The translations under genes were made by a program, and so were the position numbers. Source: Allosphingosinicella sp. (lineage in GTDB: Bacteria > Pseudomonadota > Alphaproteobacteria > Sphingomonadales > Sphingomonadaceae). Taken from it: a stretch of 64,000 nucleotides of DNA. The notes below the pieces were generated by a model. The model did no database searches and had not been told where the DNA came from. It saw nothing but the letters and a program-made list of their open reading frames with translations. The DNA is taken from positions 9,309 through 73,308 of the forward strand of contig DASWNT010000022.1 in assembly GCA_036399095.1 (NCBI GenBank). The letters run 5' to 3'. Shown piece after piece: positions 48,023 to 59,027 of this stretch. Positions within the stretch are counted from its first letter, which is position 1, and the number at the start of each line of letters is the position of its first letter.

Positions 48023-48667
48023 ATGTTCGCCTGGTTCCAACGCTTGCTCCCGAAAACAGGCAATTTTTTCGAGCTTTTCGAAGCGCACGCGGTGAGCATC
48101 GTCGCCGCCGCCAACGCCACCGGCCGGCTGCTGGAAGGCGGCGCCGGCATGAAGGATCACATCCGCGAAATACACGAGCGCGAACACGACGCCGACAACA
48201 TCATCCGCGAAGTCCTGACCACCGTGCGCCGCACTTTCCTGACCCCGTTCGACCGCGGCGCGATCACCAGCCTGATCGCGTCGATGGACGATGCCATCGA
48301 CGAAATGCACGCCGCCGCGTCCGCGATCGAGCTTTATGAGATCACCGAGTTCGAGCAGGAGATGAAGGACATTGCCGCGATCATCGTCGATGCCGCGCGG
48401 CTGACCGCCGAAGCGATGCCGCTGCTTCGCGACGTCGGCCGCAACGGCGGGCGCCTCCACGAGCTGACCGAGCGGCTGGTGCGAATGGAAGGCCATGCCG
48501 ACGAGCTCCACGCCGCCGGGCTGAAGGCAGCGTTCCAACGCTACGGCGCCACCGACACGCTTCGCTTCATCGTCGCGCGCGAAATCTACAAGCATCTCGA
48601 ACGGATCACCGACTCCTTTGAAGATGTCGCGAACGAGATCGACGGCATCGTCATCGACCACAGCTAA
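48023..48667 (+). CDS. DUF47 (PhoU-like) phosphate-transport accessory protein
   Basis: MFAWFQRLLPKTGNFFELFEAH is the typical DUF47 N-terminus. It lies directly upstream of a PiT transporter, which is the conserved pairing. Confidence 0.82.
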   Translation: MFAWFQRLLPKTGNFFELFEAHAVSIVAAANATGRLLEGGAGMKDHIREIHEREHDADNIIREVLTTVRRTFLTPFDRGAITSLIASMDDAIDEMHAAASAIELYEITEFEQEMKDIAAIIVDAARLTAEAMPLLRDVGRNGGRLHELTERLVRMEGHADELHAAGLKAAFQRYGATDTLRFIVAREIYKHLERITDSFEDVANEIDGIVIDHS

Positions 48668-48681
48668 AGGCGCGACGGAAC

Positions 48682-49695
48682 ATGCACGAGCTTGCGCTGC
48701 CGCTGCTGATCGGCCTCATCTTTCTTGCCTTGGCCTTCGACTTCCTGAACGGCCTCCACGACGCCGCCAATTCAATCGCCACCGTGGTCGCGACGCGGCT
48801 GCTTGGGCCGGTGCAGGCCGTCGCCTTTGCCGCGTTCTTCAACTTCGCGGCCTATTTCCTGATGCTGGCCTTTCCGAGCCTCCACAAGGTCGCGGACACG
48901 ATCGGCAAGGGGCTGATCGACAAGGACCTGGTGACCCCCGCCGTGGTATTCGGAGCGCTGGTCGGCGCGATGTTCTGGAACGTGGTGACGTGGCTGAAGG
49001 GCATTCCTTCCTCCTCCAGCCACGCGCTGGTCGGGGGGCTGCTCGGCTCGGGCGTCGCCCATGCCGGCCTTACCGGCGTGCAGTGGACGGGGCTCAACAA
49101 GACCTTGGTCGCCATCGTGCTTTCGCCGACCCTCGGTATGCTGCTTGCCATGCTGATCATGCTTGTGACGAGCTGGCTCGCGGTCAGGGCAAGCGCGCGC
49201 GGGGCGGAGCGCAGTTTCCGGGCTTTGCACCTCGTCTCGTCGGCCGGTTATTCGCTCGGCCACGGCCTCAACGACGCCCAGAAGACCATGGGGATCATCA
49301 CCGTGCTCCTGTACTCGACCGGCTATTTGCAGGGCAAGTTCGAAGTTCCGCATTGGGTGGCGGTGAGCTGCTACGTCGCCATCGGGCTCGGCACCTTGAT
49401 GGGCGGGTGGAAGATCATCGAGACGATGGGCTCGCGGATCACCAAGCTATCGCAGCACCAAGGCTTCAGCGCGTCCATGGGCGGGTCGATCATGCTGTTC
49501 ACCGCCTCCGCGCTCGGCATTCCGGTGTCCACCACCCACACCATCACCGGCTGCATCATCGGCTCGGGCGTGGCGCGCCGTGCTTCGGCTGTGCGCTGGG
49601 GCGTGGCGGGGAACGTAGTCGCGGCGTGGGTGATCACCATCCCGGCCTCGGCGGCGGTCGGCGCCTTGTTCTACTACCTCACCACCTTCTTCTGA
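48682..49695 (+). CDS. inorganic phosphate transporter, PiT family
   Basis: The signature FDFLNGLHDAANSIAT and its internal repeat YSLGHGLNDAQKTMG are present in a polytopic protein. Confidence 0.9.
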   Translation: MHELALPLLIGLIFLALAFDFLNGLHDAANSIATVVATRLLGPVQAVAFAAFFNFAAYFLMLAFPSLHKVADTIGKGLIDKDLVTPAVVFGALVGAMFWNVVTWLKGIPSSSSHALVGGLLGSGVAHAGLTGVQWTGLNKTLVAIVLSPTLGMLLAMLIMLVTSWLAVRASARGAERSFRALHLVSSAGYSLGHGLNDAQKTMGIITVLLYSTGYLQGKFEVPHWVAVSCYVAIGLGTLMGGWKIIETMGSRITKLSQHQGFSASMGGSIMLFTASALGIPVSTTHTITGCIIGSGVARRASAVRWGVAGNVVAAWVITIPASAAVGALFYYLTTFF

Positions 49696-49770
49696 GCCTT
49701 CATCGCCGGTACAGCCGCGCACGCCTATCGCATCGCAGATGCGGGCAGCGGCACCCCGGCGGAGCAGGTA

Positions 49771-50253
49771 ATGATCATGAGCAAGCGCACCTTTCTTGGC
49801 GGAAGCCTCGCCGCCCTTTTCAGCGCCTCAGCCTGCGCGCGCGAGGAGGACGGGCCGGCCGAGACCTTCGAGATCACCAAAACGCCAGAGCAATGGCGCG
49901 CCACCCTCAGCCCCGAGCAGTATCGGGTGCTTCGCGAGGCGGGCACCGAACGCTCCGGCTCCAGCCTGCTCAACGCGGAGAAGCGGAAGGGCGTCTACGC
50001 CTGCGCCGGCTGCGCGCTGCCCTTGTACCCTTCGGAAACGAAGTTCGAGAGCGGAACCGGCTGGCCGAGCTTCTTTCAGCCGCTGCCCAATGCGATCGGC
50101 ACCAAGCCCGACAACGGCCTCTTCATGGCCCGCACCGAAGTGCATTGCAGGCGCTGCGGCGGGCATATCGGCCATGTTTTCGACGACGGCCCGCCGCCAA
50201 CGGGGCTTCGTTACTGCATGAACGGCGCTGCGCTGACGTTCGCCCCCGCGTGA
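49771..50253 (+). CDS. msrB: peptide-methionine (R)-S-oxide reductase with N-terminal export signal
   Basis: Zinc CxxC pairs (CAGC, CRRCGG), GWPSF and the catalytic Cys in GLRYCMNG. The N-terminus MIMSKRTFLGGSLAALFSASACA looks like a signal peptide. Confidence 0.88.
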   Translation: MIMSKRTFLGGSLAALFSASACAREEDGPAETFEITKTPEQWRATLSPEQYRVLREAGTERSGSSLLNAEKRKGVYACAGCALPLYPSETKFESGTGWPSFFQPLPNAIGTKPDNGLFMARTEVHCRRCGGHIGHVFDDGPPPTGLRYCMNGAALTFAPA

Positions 50254-50315
50254 GCGCGAGCGCCGCGCAATTGCCTTGCGTCTCGTGCCTCGGCTAAGGA
50301 GCGGCGGGGACTGAA

Positions 50316-51134
50316 GTGGGAAATCACGTGACTTTCGCGGCCTTTAGCGACGGCGCCCTCGCCGCAGAGGCGCCGCGCTTGTCCGATTTCCAGCTGTGGC
50401 GGGAGGAGATGCGAGAGTCGCTGCGCCGGCGAGGCGCATCGGGGGCTCTGGTGCTCGCGCTGCACGCGCTGCTGCTGTTCCTGCTGCTCCGCTTGGCGCC
50501 GCCCTTCGATCCCATCGAAGAGCCGTCTCGGCCGACTACCGTTACCCTGGTTCCCGGCGAAGAAGCCGCGCCGGTGGAAGCGCCCAAGCCCGCCAATAAG
50601 CCAAATCCCGCGGGGGGCGGCGCGCCGGCCAAGGCGTCGGCGCCTCCGCCCGTGCCGCTGCCGGTCCCAAAGCCGCAGCCGGCGCCGGAACAGCCGTCCA
50701 CCGAGCCGATCAAGCTTTGGGAGGGGATGGAGAAGTTCAATCTCGCCAACGTCCGCTCCTCCGGCCCAGCGCGCGGTGCCGGTGCGCCTGGGGCTAGCGC
50801 AGGCGCGGGCGATGCGGTGGTTGGTACCGCACCCGGCGGCGAGAAATTGTACAATGCGCAGTGGCATCGCCGGCCCACCAGCGCCGAGCTTGCCACCTAC
50901 CTTCCCGCCCGGATGCAGAACGGCTGGGGCATGGTCGCCTGCCGGACCATGCCCGATTACCGGGTGGAGGATTGCCAGGAAGTTGGCCAGTCGCCGCCAG
51001 GCTCCGGCCTGTCCCGCGCGGTGCGCCAGGCGGCCTGGCAGTTCCGCGTCCGCCCCCCGCGCATCGGCGGCAAGCCGATGATCGGCGAGTGGGTGCGCAT
51101 CCGCATCGAGTGGAGCGAAGGCGTCCCTCGCTAA
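50316..51134 (+). CDS. TonB-like energy-transducer protein
   Basis: A TM anchor (ALVLALHALLLFLLL) is followed by a long Pro/Ala-rich spacer and a C-terminal TonB-like fold (YLPARMQNGWGMVACRT...AWQFRVRPP). It starts with GTG. Confidence 0.6.
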   Translation: MGNHVTFAAFSDGALAAEAPRLSDFQLWREEMRESLRRRGASGALVLALHALLLFLLLRLAPPFDPIEEPSRPTTVTLVPGEEAAPVEAPKPANKPNPAGGGAPAKASAPPPVPLPVPKPQPAPEQPSTEPIKLWEGMEKFNLANVRSSGPARGAGAPGASAGAGDAVVGTAPGGEKLYNAQWHRRPTSAELATYLPARMQNGWGMVACRTMPDYRVEDCQEVGQSPPGSGLSRAVRQAAWQFRVRPPRIGGKPMIGEWVRIRIEWSEGVPR

Positions 51135-51137
51135 GCG

Positions 51138-53066
<1,929 letters not shown>

Positions 53067-53191
53067 TGATGACTCTCCTATGCCCGTCTGATTAGCCAGC
53101 CGGGCGCGGACGCGAAAGCCACGGCGGCGAGTAACCTGGATCAGCTTCTTCTTCCGGAACCCGCCCGCGATTTCGAGGGTTTAGGCAGATC

Positions 53192-56059
53192 ATGTCGGCT
53201 CCGAACCAGTCCATAACCGCGTCTGCGCCACCGGAAGCTTCAAGCGATCAATCCCCAGGGGGAAAACAAATGTTCTTCGGCACGAAAACCGATGCAGGCA
53301 CGGCAATGCTGACCCAGGAAGCTTCGGTGAACGAAGTCGCCGTCTACCGGGGGCCGCATTATTTCAGCCACACGCCAATGGTGCGGGTGCAGGTGGATCT
53401 CGGCCGGCTTGAGGAATTCCCGACCAATCGCCTGCCCGGCTTCACCGACGCCTTGCTCGCCCTGATCTCCGGCGTTGGGCGCCACCGTTGCTCGTTGAAG
53501 GTGCGCGGCGGCTTTGAAAAGCGCCTCAAGGAAGGCACCTGGCTCGGCCACGTCGCGGAGCATGTTGCGCTGGAGCTTCAAACGCTTGCCGGCTCGCGCG
53601 CCGTGCGTGGCAAGACGCGGTCCGTGAAAAACAAGCCCGGCGTCTACAACGTCATGTTCGCCTACAATGAAGAGCAAGTCGGTCTCGCCGCCGGCCGCGC
53701 GGCGTTCGAGTTGGTCAATTCGCTGCTCCCCGCCGACCTCCAGGGCATTCGCGGGCTTGACCGCATCTTCCAGTTCGAAGGGGGCAACAGCGGCGAATTC
53801 GATCTTGAGCGCCGCCTGGACGCGCTTCGCCGTCTGGTACGCCGCAACCAGCTTGGGCCGACCACCAAGTCGCTTGTCGACGAAGCGACGCGGCGCGGCA
53901 TTCCCGTGATGCGCCTAGACAATCAGAGCCTGATCCAGCTCGGCCACGGCCGGTTTGCCAGACGCATCCGCGCCTCCATCACCGGCCAGACCAGCTTCGT
54001 CGCGACCGAACTCGCCTCCGACAAGAACATGACCAAGAAGCTGCTCGACGAGAGCGGCGTCCCCGTGCCGCGCGGCGTGGTGGTGCGCGACGCGGATGAA
54101 GCGGTGCGCGCCGCGAAGCGCCTCGGATACCCGCTGGTGGTGAAGCCGCTCGACGGCAATCACGGCCGCGGCGTTTCCATCGGCATCACCGGCGAGGATC
54201 AGCTTCGCTTCGCGTTCGGGGAAGCGCAGGCCCATTCCAAGGGCCGCCGCGACGTAATCGTTGAGCAATATTATCCGGGCAACGACCACCGCATCCTGGT
54301 GGTCAACGGCAAAATGGTCGCGGTTGCCGAGCGCATCCCCGCCCAGGTGGTCGGCGACGGCGTCTCAACGATCCGCCAGCTCGTAGCCGAGGTGAATACC
54401 GATCCCCGCCGCGGCAATGGCCATGAAAATGTCATGACCCGGATCAAGATCGACGCCCTGGTGGAGGAATTCCTCTCCCGCTCCGCGTTAACGCCGGACA
54501 GCATCCCGCTTGCGGAGCAGGTGGTGCAGCTTCGTGCCACCGCCAACCTGTCCACCGGCGGAACCGCGGTTGACCGCACCAACGAAATCCACCCGGACAA
54601 TGCCGACATCGCCCGCCGCGCGGCGATGGTGATCGGCCTCGACGTCTGCGGCGTAGATTTCGTCTGCCCGGACATCAGCCGCTCGGTGCGGGAAACGGGC
54701 GGCGGCGTGATCGAAGTCAATGCCGCGCCGGGGCTGCGCATGCATATCGAGCCGTCGGAAGGCGCGCCGCGCGACGTCGCCAAGCCGATTATCGAGATGC
54801 TGTTCCCGCGTGGTCACAGGAGCCGGGTGCCGATCCTTGCGATCACCGGCACCAACGGCAAATCCACGGTCGGGCGGATGATCAAGCACATCCTGCGCTA
54901 CACCGGTTGCACCGTCGGCCTGACCTCCACGACCGGCGTCTACGTCAATGACATCCTCACCCATGACGGCGACGCCACCGGCCCGCGCAGCGCGCGGATG
55001 ATCCTTCGCGATCCGACGGTGGAAGTGGCGGTTCTGGAGACGGCGCGCGGCGGCCTGCTACGCGAAGGCTTGGCGTACAAGGAGGCGGACATCGCCGCCT
55101 GCCTCAACGTCACGCCCGACCACCTTGGCTTGAAGGGCATCGAGACGATCGACGACCTGGCCAACGTGAAGCAGGTGGTGGTGGAGGCGGTGCGCCGCGA
55201 CGGTTATTCCATCCTAAACGCCGACGATCCGCTCTGCATCCGGATGGCGCGGCGGGCGGGCGGCCAGGTCGTCTGGTTCACCTTGTGCGGCGGCGCGGAG
55301 ATGTCACCGATGGTGCGCGAGCACATCGAGAATGGCGGAATGGCGATCGTCCGGGAGCCCGGCCACGAAGGCGGCACCATTGTTCTTTACGAGGATAATC
55401 GCCGCGAGTTCATCATGAAGGCCGGCGACATTCCGGCGACCCTGCACGGTATGGCGGAGTTCAACGTCGCCAACGCGCTTGCCGCGGCGGCGATGGCGGT
55501 GGCGCACGGCGTGCCGATCCTCACCATCCGCTCGGCGTTGACCCAGTTCAGCTCCACGTTTGAGCAGAATCCTGGCCGCCTCAACGTCCATGACGCCCAC
55601 GGCTTCCGGGTGATTGTTGATTATGCCCACAACGCCGCGGGCCTTGAAGCGCTTGGCCGGGTCGTGAAGGGCCTGAGCCACCGCTACAAGCGCACCATCG
55701 GCACCGTCTCCATGGCCGGCGACCGCCGCGATCAGGACATTATCGAACTTGGCCGGATCGCCGCCGGGATCTTTGACGAGTTGATCTTCCGTGAAGACCC
55801 GGCAACCCGCGGCCGGCCGCGCGGCGAAGTGATGGGTCTTCTTAAGGAAGGCGCTCAGGAAGCGGGCCGCACCGACGATCATATCCACCTGATTGCCGGT
55901 GAACCGGAGTCCACCGCCGCAGCGCTCGCCATGGGCCGGCCGGGCGACCTGATCGTGATCACTCCAACGGATGTGCGCGGCGCCTGGCAACAGGTCAACG
56001 AGTTCAAGCCCGCCGCCGCCCGCACCGGCGCGCGCGGTCCCTTTGTGGCGGCGGAATAA
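53192..56059 (+). CDS. cphA: cyanophycin synthetase
   Basis: N-domain (VYRGPHYFSHTPMVRVQVDLG), ATP-grasp domain, and Mur-ligase-like domain with P-loop LAITGTNGKST. Alternative starts are 53270 (preceded by GGGGGA) and 53306. Confidence 0.88.
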   Translation: MSAPNQSITASAPPEASSDQSPGGKQMFFGTKTDAGTAMLTQEASVNEVAVYRGPHYFSHTPMVRVQVDLGRLEEFPTNRLPGFTDALLALISGVGRHRCSLKVRGGFEKRLKEGTWLGHVAEHVALELQTLAGSRAVRGKTRSVKNKPGVYNVMFAYNEEQVGLAAGRAAFELVNSLLPADLQGIRGLDRIFQFEGGNSGEFDLERRLDALRRLVRRNQLGPTTKSLVDEATRRGIPVMRLDNQSLIQLGHGRFARRIRASITGQTSFVATELASDKNMTKKLLDESGVPVPRGVVVRDADEAVRAAKRLGYPLVVKPLDGNHGRGVSIGITGEDQLRFAFGEAQAHSKGRRDVIVEQYYPGNDHRILVVNGKMVAVAERIPAQVVGDGVSTIRQLVAEVNTDPRRGNGHENVMTRIKIDALVEEFLSRSALTPDSIPLAEQVVQLRATANLSTGGTAVDRTNEIHPDNADIARRAAMVIGLDVCGVDFVCPDISRSVRETGGGVIEVNAAPGLRMHIEPSEGAPRDVAKPIIEMLFPRGHRSRVPILAITGTNGKSTVGRMIKHILRYTGCTVGLTSTTGVYVNDILTHDGDATGPRSARMILRDPTVEVAVLETARGGLLREGLAYKEADIAACLNVTPDHLGLKGIETIDDLANVKQVVVEAVRRDGYSILNADDPLCIRMARRAGGQVVWFTLCGGAEMSPMVREHIENGGMAIVREPGHEGGTIVLYEDNRREFIMKAGDIPATLHGMAEFNVANALAAAAMAVAHGVPILTIRSALTQFSSTFEQNPGRLNVHDAHGFRVIVDYAHNAAGLEALGRVVKGLSHRYKRTIGTVSMAGDRRDQDIIELGRIAAGIFDELIFREDPATRGRPRGEVMGLLKEGAQEAGRTDDHIHLIAGEPESTAAALAMGRPGDLIVITPTDVRGAWQQVNEFKPAAARTGARGPFVAAE

Positions 56060-56069
56060 GGACACAGAC

Positions 56070-56972
56070 ATGTTCGGCAAGGAAGAGGGCCGCTGGGCCT
56101 TGATCGTCCACGGCGGCGCGAAGCCGTGGGAGGAAGAGGAAGAGCAGGCTAATCGCGAGGGGATCGCGGAGGCGGTGAAGGCGGGCGCGAAGGTGCTGGA
56201 GGGCGGCGGAAGCGCGGTGGACGCGGTGGAAGCTTCCATCCGCGTTCTGGAGGATCTGCCCGTGTTCAACGCCGGGCGCGGATCGGCCCCCAACGAGGCC
56301 GGAGGCATCGAGATGTGCGCCGGGCTTATGGACGGCAAGGACCTCTCGGCAGGCGCGGTGGGCGCGATCCGGCAGGTGCGCAACCCGATCAGCGTTGCCA
56401 AGCAGTTGATCCCGGAAAAGGAAATCATCCTGGTCGGCGAAGGCGCGCTGATGTTCGCCAAGGCCAAAGGCGCTTCTCTTGCTACGGACGAGGAGTTGAA
56501 GGCGGAAGAAGAGAAGCAGGCGCTTGCCGAAGGGCTTCACGACACGGTGGGCGCGGTTGCTCTCGACGCAGGCGGAAACCTTGCCGCCGGCACGTCGACC
56601 GGCGGTCTCAACGGTCAAAAGGTCGGGCGGATCGGCGATAGCCCGCTTCCCGGCGGTGGGCTCTATGCCGATAACCACCTCGCCGCCATCTCCTTCTCGG
56701 GTGACGGGGAGACGATCACGCGGCTGGCGCTTGCAAGCCGGGTGATGGCCTCGATCGAAGACGGGCTGCCGATGGAAGAGGCGATCGCCAAGGGCCTCGC
56801 AAAGCTTCCCGGCACCGGCGGCGCGGACGCGGATGGCGGCGCAATCGGCATCGACAAACACGGCACGCTCGCTTGGGCGCACAACAGCCCGATGTTCGCC
56901 GTCGCCTATCTCACCGCCGGCATGGCCGAACCCAAAGCATTTCTGCACAAGGATGAAGAAACACGTGGCTGA
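56070..56972 (+). CDS. iaaA: isoaspartyl peptidase / L-asparaginase (Ntn hydrolase)
   Basis: WALIVHGGA, the autoprocessing site HDTVGAVALD, and GTSTGGLNGQKVGRIGDSPLPGGG. Confidence 0.85.
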   Translation: MFGKEEGRWALIVHGGAKPWEEEEEQANREGIAEAVKAGAKVLEGGGSAVDAVEASIRVLEDLPVFNAGRGSAPNEAGGIEMCAGLMDGKDLSAGAVGAIRQVRNPISVAKQLIPEKEIILVGEGALMFAKAKGASLATDEELKAEEEKQALAEGLHDTVGAVALDAGGNLAAGTSTGGLNGQKVGRIGDSPLPGGGLYADNHLAAISFSGDGETITRLALASRVMASIEDGLPMEEAIAKGLAKLPGTGGADADGGAIGIDKHGTLAWAHNSPMFAVAYLTAGMAEPKAFLHKDEETRG

Positions 56973-57786
56973 CCAGGAAACCCGCCCACGCGGCTGCCTT
57001 ATCATCATCGGCGGCCACGAGGATCGCGATCCCTCCGGCGACCGGACCATTCTTCGCGAAGTGGCGCGGCACGTAAAAGGCGGCAAGCTCGTCCTCGCCA
57101 CAGTGGCAAGCCACCGGCCGGAGGGCTATTTCGAGGAATATGAAAAGGCATTCGCGGATCTGGATGTCGGGGAGCTTGTGGAGCTTTATGTCGAAGAGCG
57201 CAGCCGGGCGGGGGACCGGGAAAAGCTTGCGGTGCTCGACGACGCGCAGGCGGTGTTCTTCTCCGGCGGCGACCAGCTTCGCATCACCAGCCAGATCGGC
57301 GACACCGGGATCGAAGCAAAAATACGAGCGATCTTCGACCGGGGCGGCTTGGTAGCAGGCACGTCGGCCGGCGCTTCCGTGATGAGCGAAACCATGCTGG
57401 TCAAAGGCTCCAGCAAGGAAACGCACCGCATCGGCGACCTTCATATGTCACCGGGTATGGGGCTGATCCGGGACGTCATCATTGATCAGCATTTCGCCGA
57501 GCGCGGCCGGATGGGCCGCCTGCTCGGTGCGGTGGCGCACAATCCGCGCGTGCTGGGGCTCGGCATCGACGAGGACACCGCGGTGATGGTCGAAGGCGAC
57601 GAATTCCGGGTCATCGGATCGGGCGGCGTCTACGTGGTGGACGGCACGGACGTCAGCTATTGCAACCTCGCCGAGGCACGGGCGGAATGCGCCCTCTCCA
57701 TGCACGACGTGCGGGTGCACGTGCTGTCGAGCGGCGACGGGTTCGACTTGAAGACGCGAAAGCCGATCCCGCCGGAAAAGGGATGA
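56953..57786 (+). CDS. cphE: cyanophycinase
   Basis: LIIIGGHED, FFSGGDQLRI and the Ser nucleophile in GTSAGASVM. It overlaps iaaA by 20 nt. Confidence 0.85.
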   Translation: MKKHVADQETRPRGCLIIIGGHEDRDPSGDRTILREVARHVKGGKLVLATVASHRPEGYFEEYEKAFADLDVGELVELYVEERSRAGDREKLAVLDDAQAVFFSGGDQLRITSQIGDTGIEAKIRAIFDRGGLVAGTSAGASVMSETMLVKGSSKETHRIGDLHMSPGMGLIRDVIIDQHFAERGRMGRLLGAVAHNPRVLGLGIDEDTAVMVEGDEFRVIGSGGVYVVDGTDVSYCNLAEARAECALSMHDVRVHVLSSGDGFDLKTRKPIPPEKG

Positions 57787-57792
57787 GTGTTG

Positions 57793-57940
57793 TTCACGCG
57801 GAGCCGCGGAGACGCGGAGGGGCTCAGGCCTTCACTGCGGCCGAGCGACAGCTCGGGCGCGATTAGAAAGCGGCTTCGCCGGAAGGACGCAACGTCCTCG
57901 CCCCACACGAACCCTCCGCGACTCTGCGCCTCCGCGTGAA
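57793..57940. repeat. 148-bp structured element with 29-bp imperfect terminal inverted repeats (REP/MITE-like)
   Basis: TTCACGCGGAGCCGCGGAGACGCGGAGGG (57793-57821) matches the reverse complement of 57912-57940 at 26 of 29 positions. Inner hairpins are CCGAGC-GACA-GCTCGG (57841-57856) and AGGACG-CAA-CGTCCT (57884-57898). Confidence 0.6.
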
Positions 57941-57995
57941 TACTTATCTTCTTCTTTGACCGGGAGCTTTTCGCCCGCTCGCCGGTTATGTTGCG

Positions 57996-58844
57996 ATGCA
58001 GCATAGTCAGACGCTCGATCTCGGCTCCGGCCGGACCCTTCACGTTCATCAGCATGGGAAGGGCCCAGACCTTGTTCTGATCCACGGCGCGATGACCACC
58101 GCGCATGATTGGCTGCAGAGCCCACTGTTCGCCGCGCTCGCGAAGTCGCATCGGGTGACGGTGGTCGACCGTCCCGGCCACGGCAAAAGCCGGCGGCCGC
58201 GCTTCGGCGGCACGCCCCGCGAACAGGCGGACCAGATCGCCCATGGTCTGGCTGCACTCGGCATCCGCCGCGCCGTGTTCGGGGCGCACAGTTATGGGGG
58301 GCTGGTGACACTTGCCATGGCGGAGCGGCACCCGGAACTCATCGCCGAGATGGTGCTGATCGCGCCCCTCGCTTTTCCGGAACCCCGGCTGATCGAGCAT
58401 ACCATGCTTACCCCGCGCGCCGCGCCTTTGTTCGGGCCGCTATTATCGCAATTCGCCGAGTTCACGCAGATGGACCGGCCGATGGTGGACCTGCTCCACC
58501 AGGTGATGTTCGCGCCTGCCCCGATCCCCGACCGATGGAAGGAGACTTACCCGTTTGGCGAGATCCTCACCGCCGAGGCAATGGTGGCGGAGGGCGAGGA
58601 CGCGTCCTCGATGCTGCCGCTCTCCCCGGCCGGGACGATCGACATGCGCGGGATCGAGGTGCCGACGCAGGTGCTGACCGGCACGTCCGACCGGGTGGTG
58701 GAGGACGAGAGGCAGGCCAAGGCGCTTGCTCGCCAGCTTCCGCGCGCAAGCCTCACCGAGGTGGAAGGCGCGGGCCATATGCTCCACCACAGCCACCCCG
58801 ATCTGGTGATCGACGCACTGAAGCGGGCCTTTGCTTCGGCCTGA
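57996..58844 (+). CDS. alpha/beta-fold hydrolase
   Basis: HG oxyanion motif (LVLIHGAMTT), nucleophile elbow GAHSYGG, and C-terminal GAGHMLHH. Confidence 0.82.
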   Translation: MQHSQTLDLGSGRTLHVHQHGKGPDLVLIHGAMTTAHDWLQSPLFAALAKSHRVTVVDRPGHGKSRRPRFGGTPREQADQIAHGLAALGIRRAVFGAHSYGGLVTLAMAERHPELIAEMVLIAPLAFPEPRLIEHTMLTPRAAPLFGPLLSQFAEFTQMDRPMVDLLHQVMFAPAPIPDRWKETYPFGEILTAEAMVAEGEDASSMLPLSPAGTIDMRGIEVPTQVLTGTSDRVVEDERQAKALARQLPRASLTEVEGAGHMLHHSHPDLVIDALKRAFASA

Positions 58845-59027
58845 AGCATCAACGCGAGCGAGGTGGCACCGGATCGGACGAAGGCTTCGCCGCACTCGCG
58901 GCCTTTTCCTACCTGTTGCATCCGAGTCACGTTGATCGAAATCATATGCTCTTATCTTGCACCGACACCAATTCGGTGATTTACCTGCCCCTAATCGCGC
59001 ATCCGCGAGAGCGAAGAGGGGAAAGAA

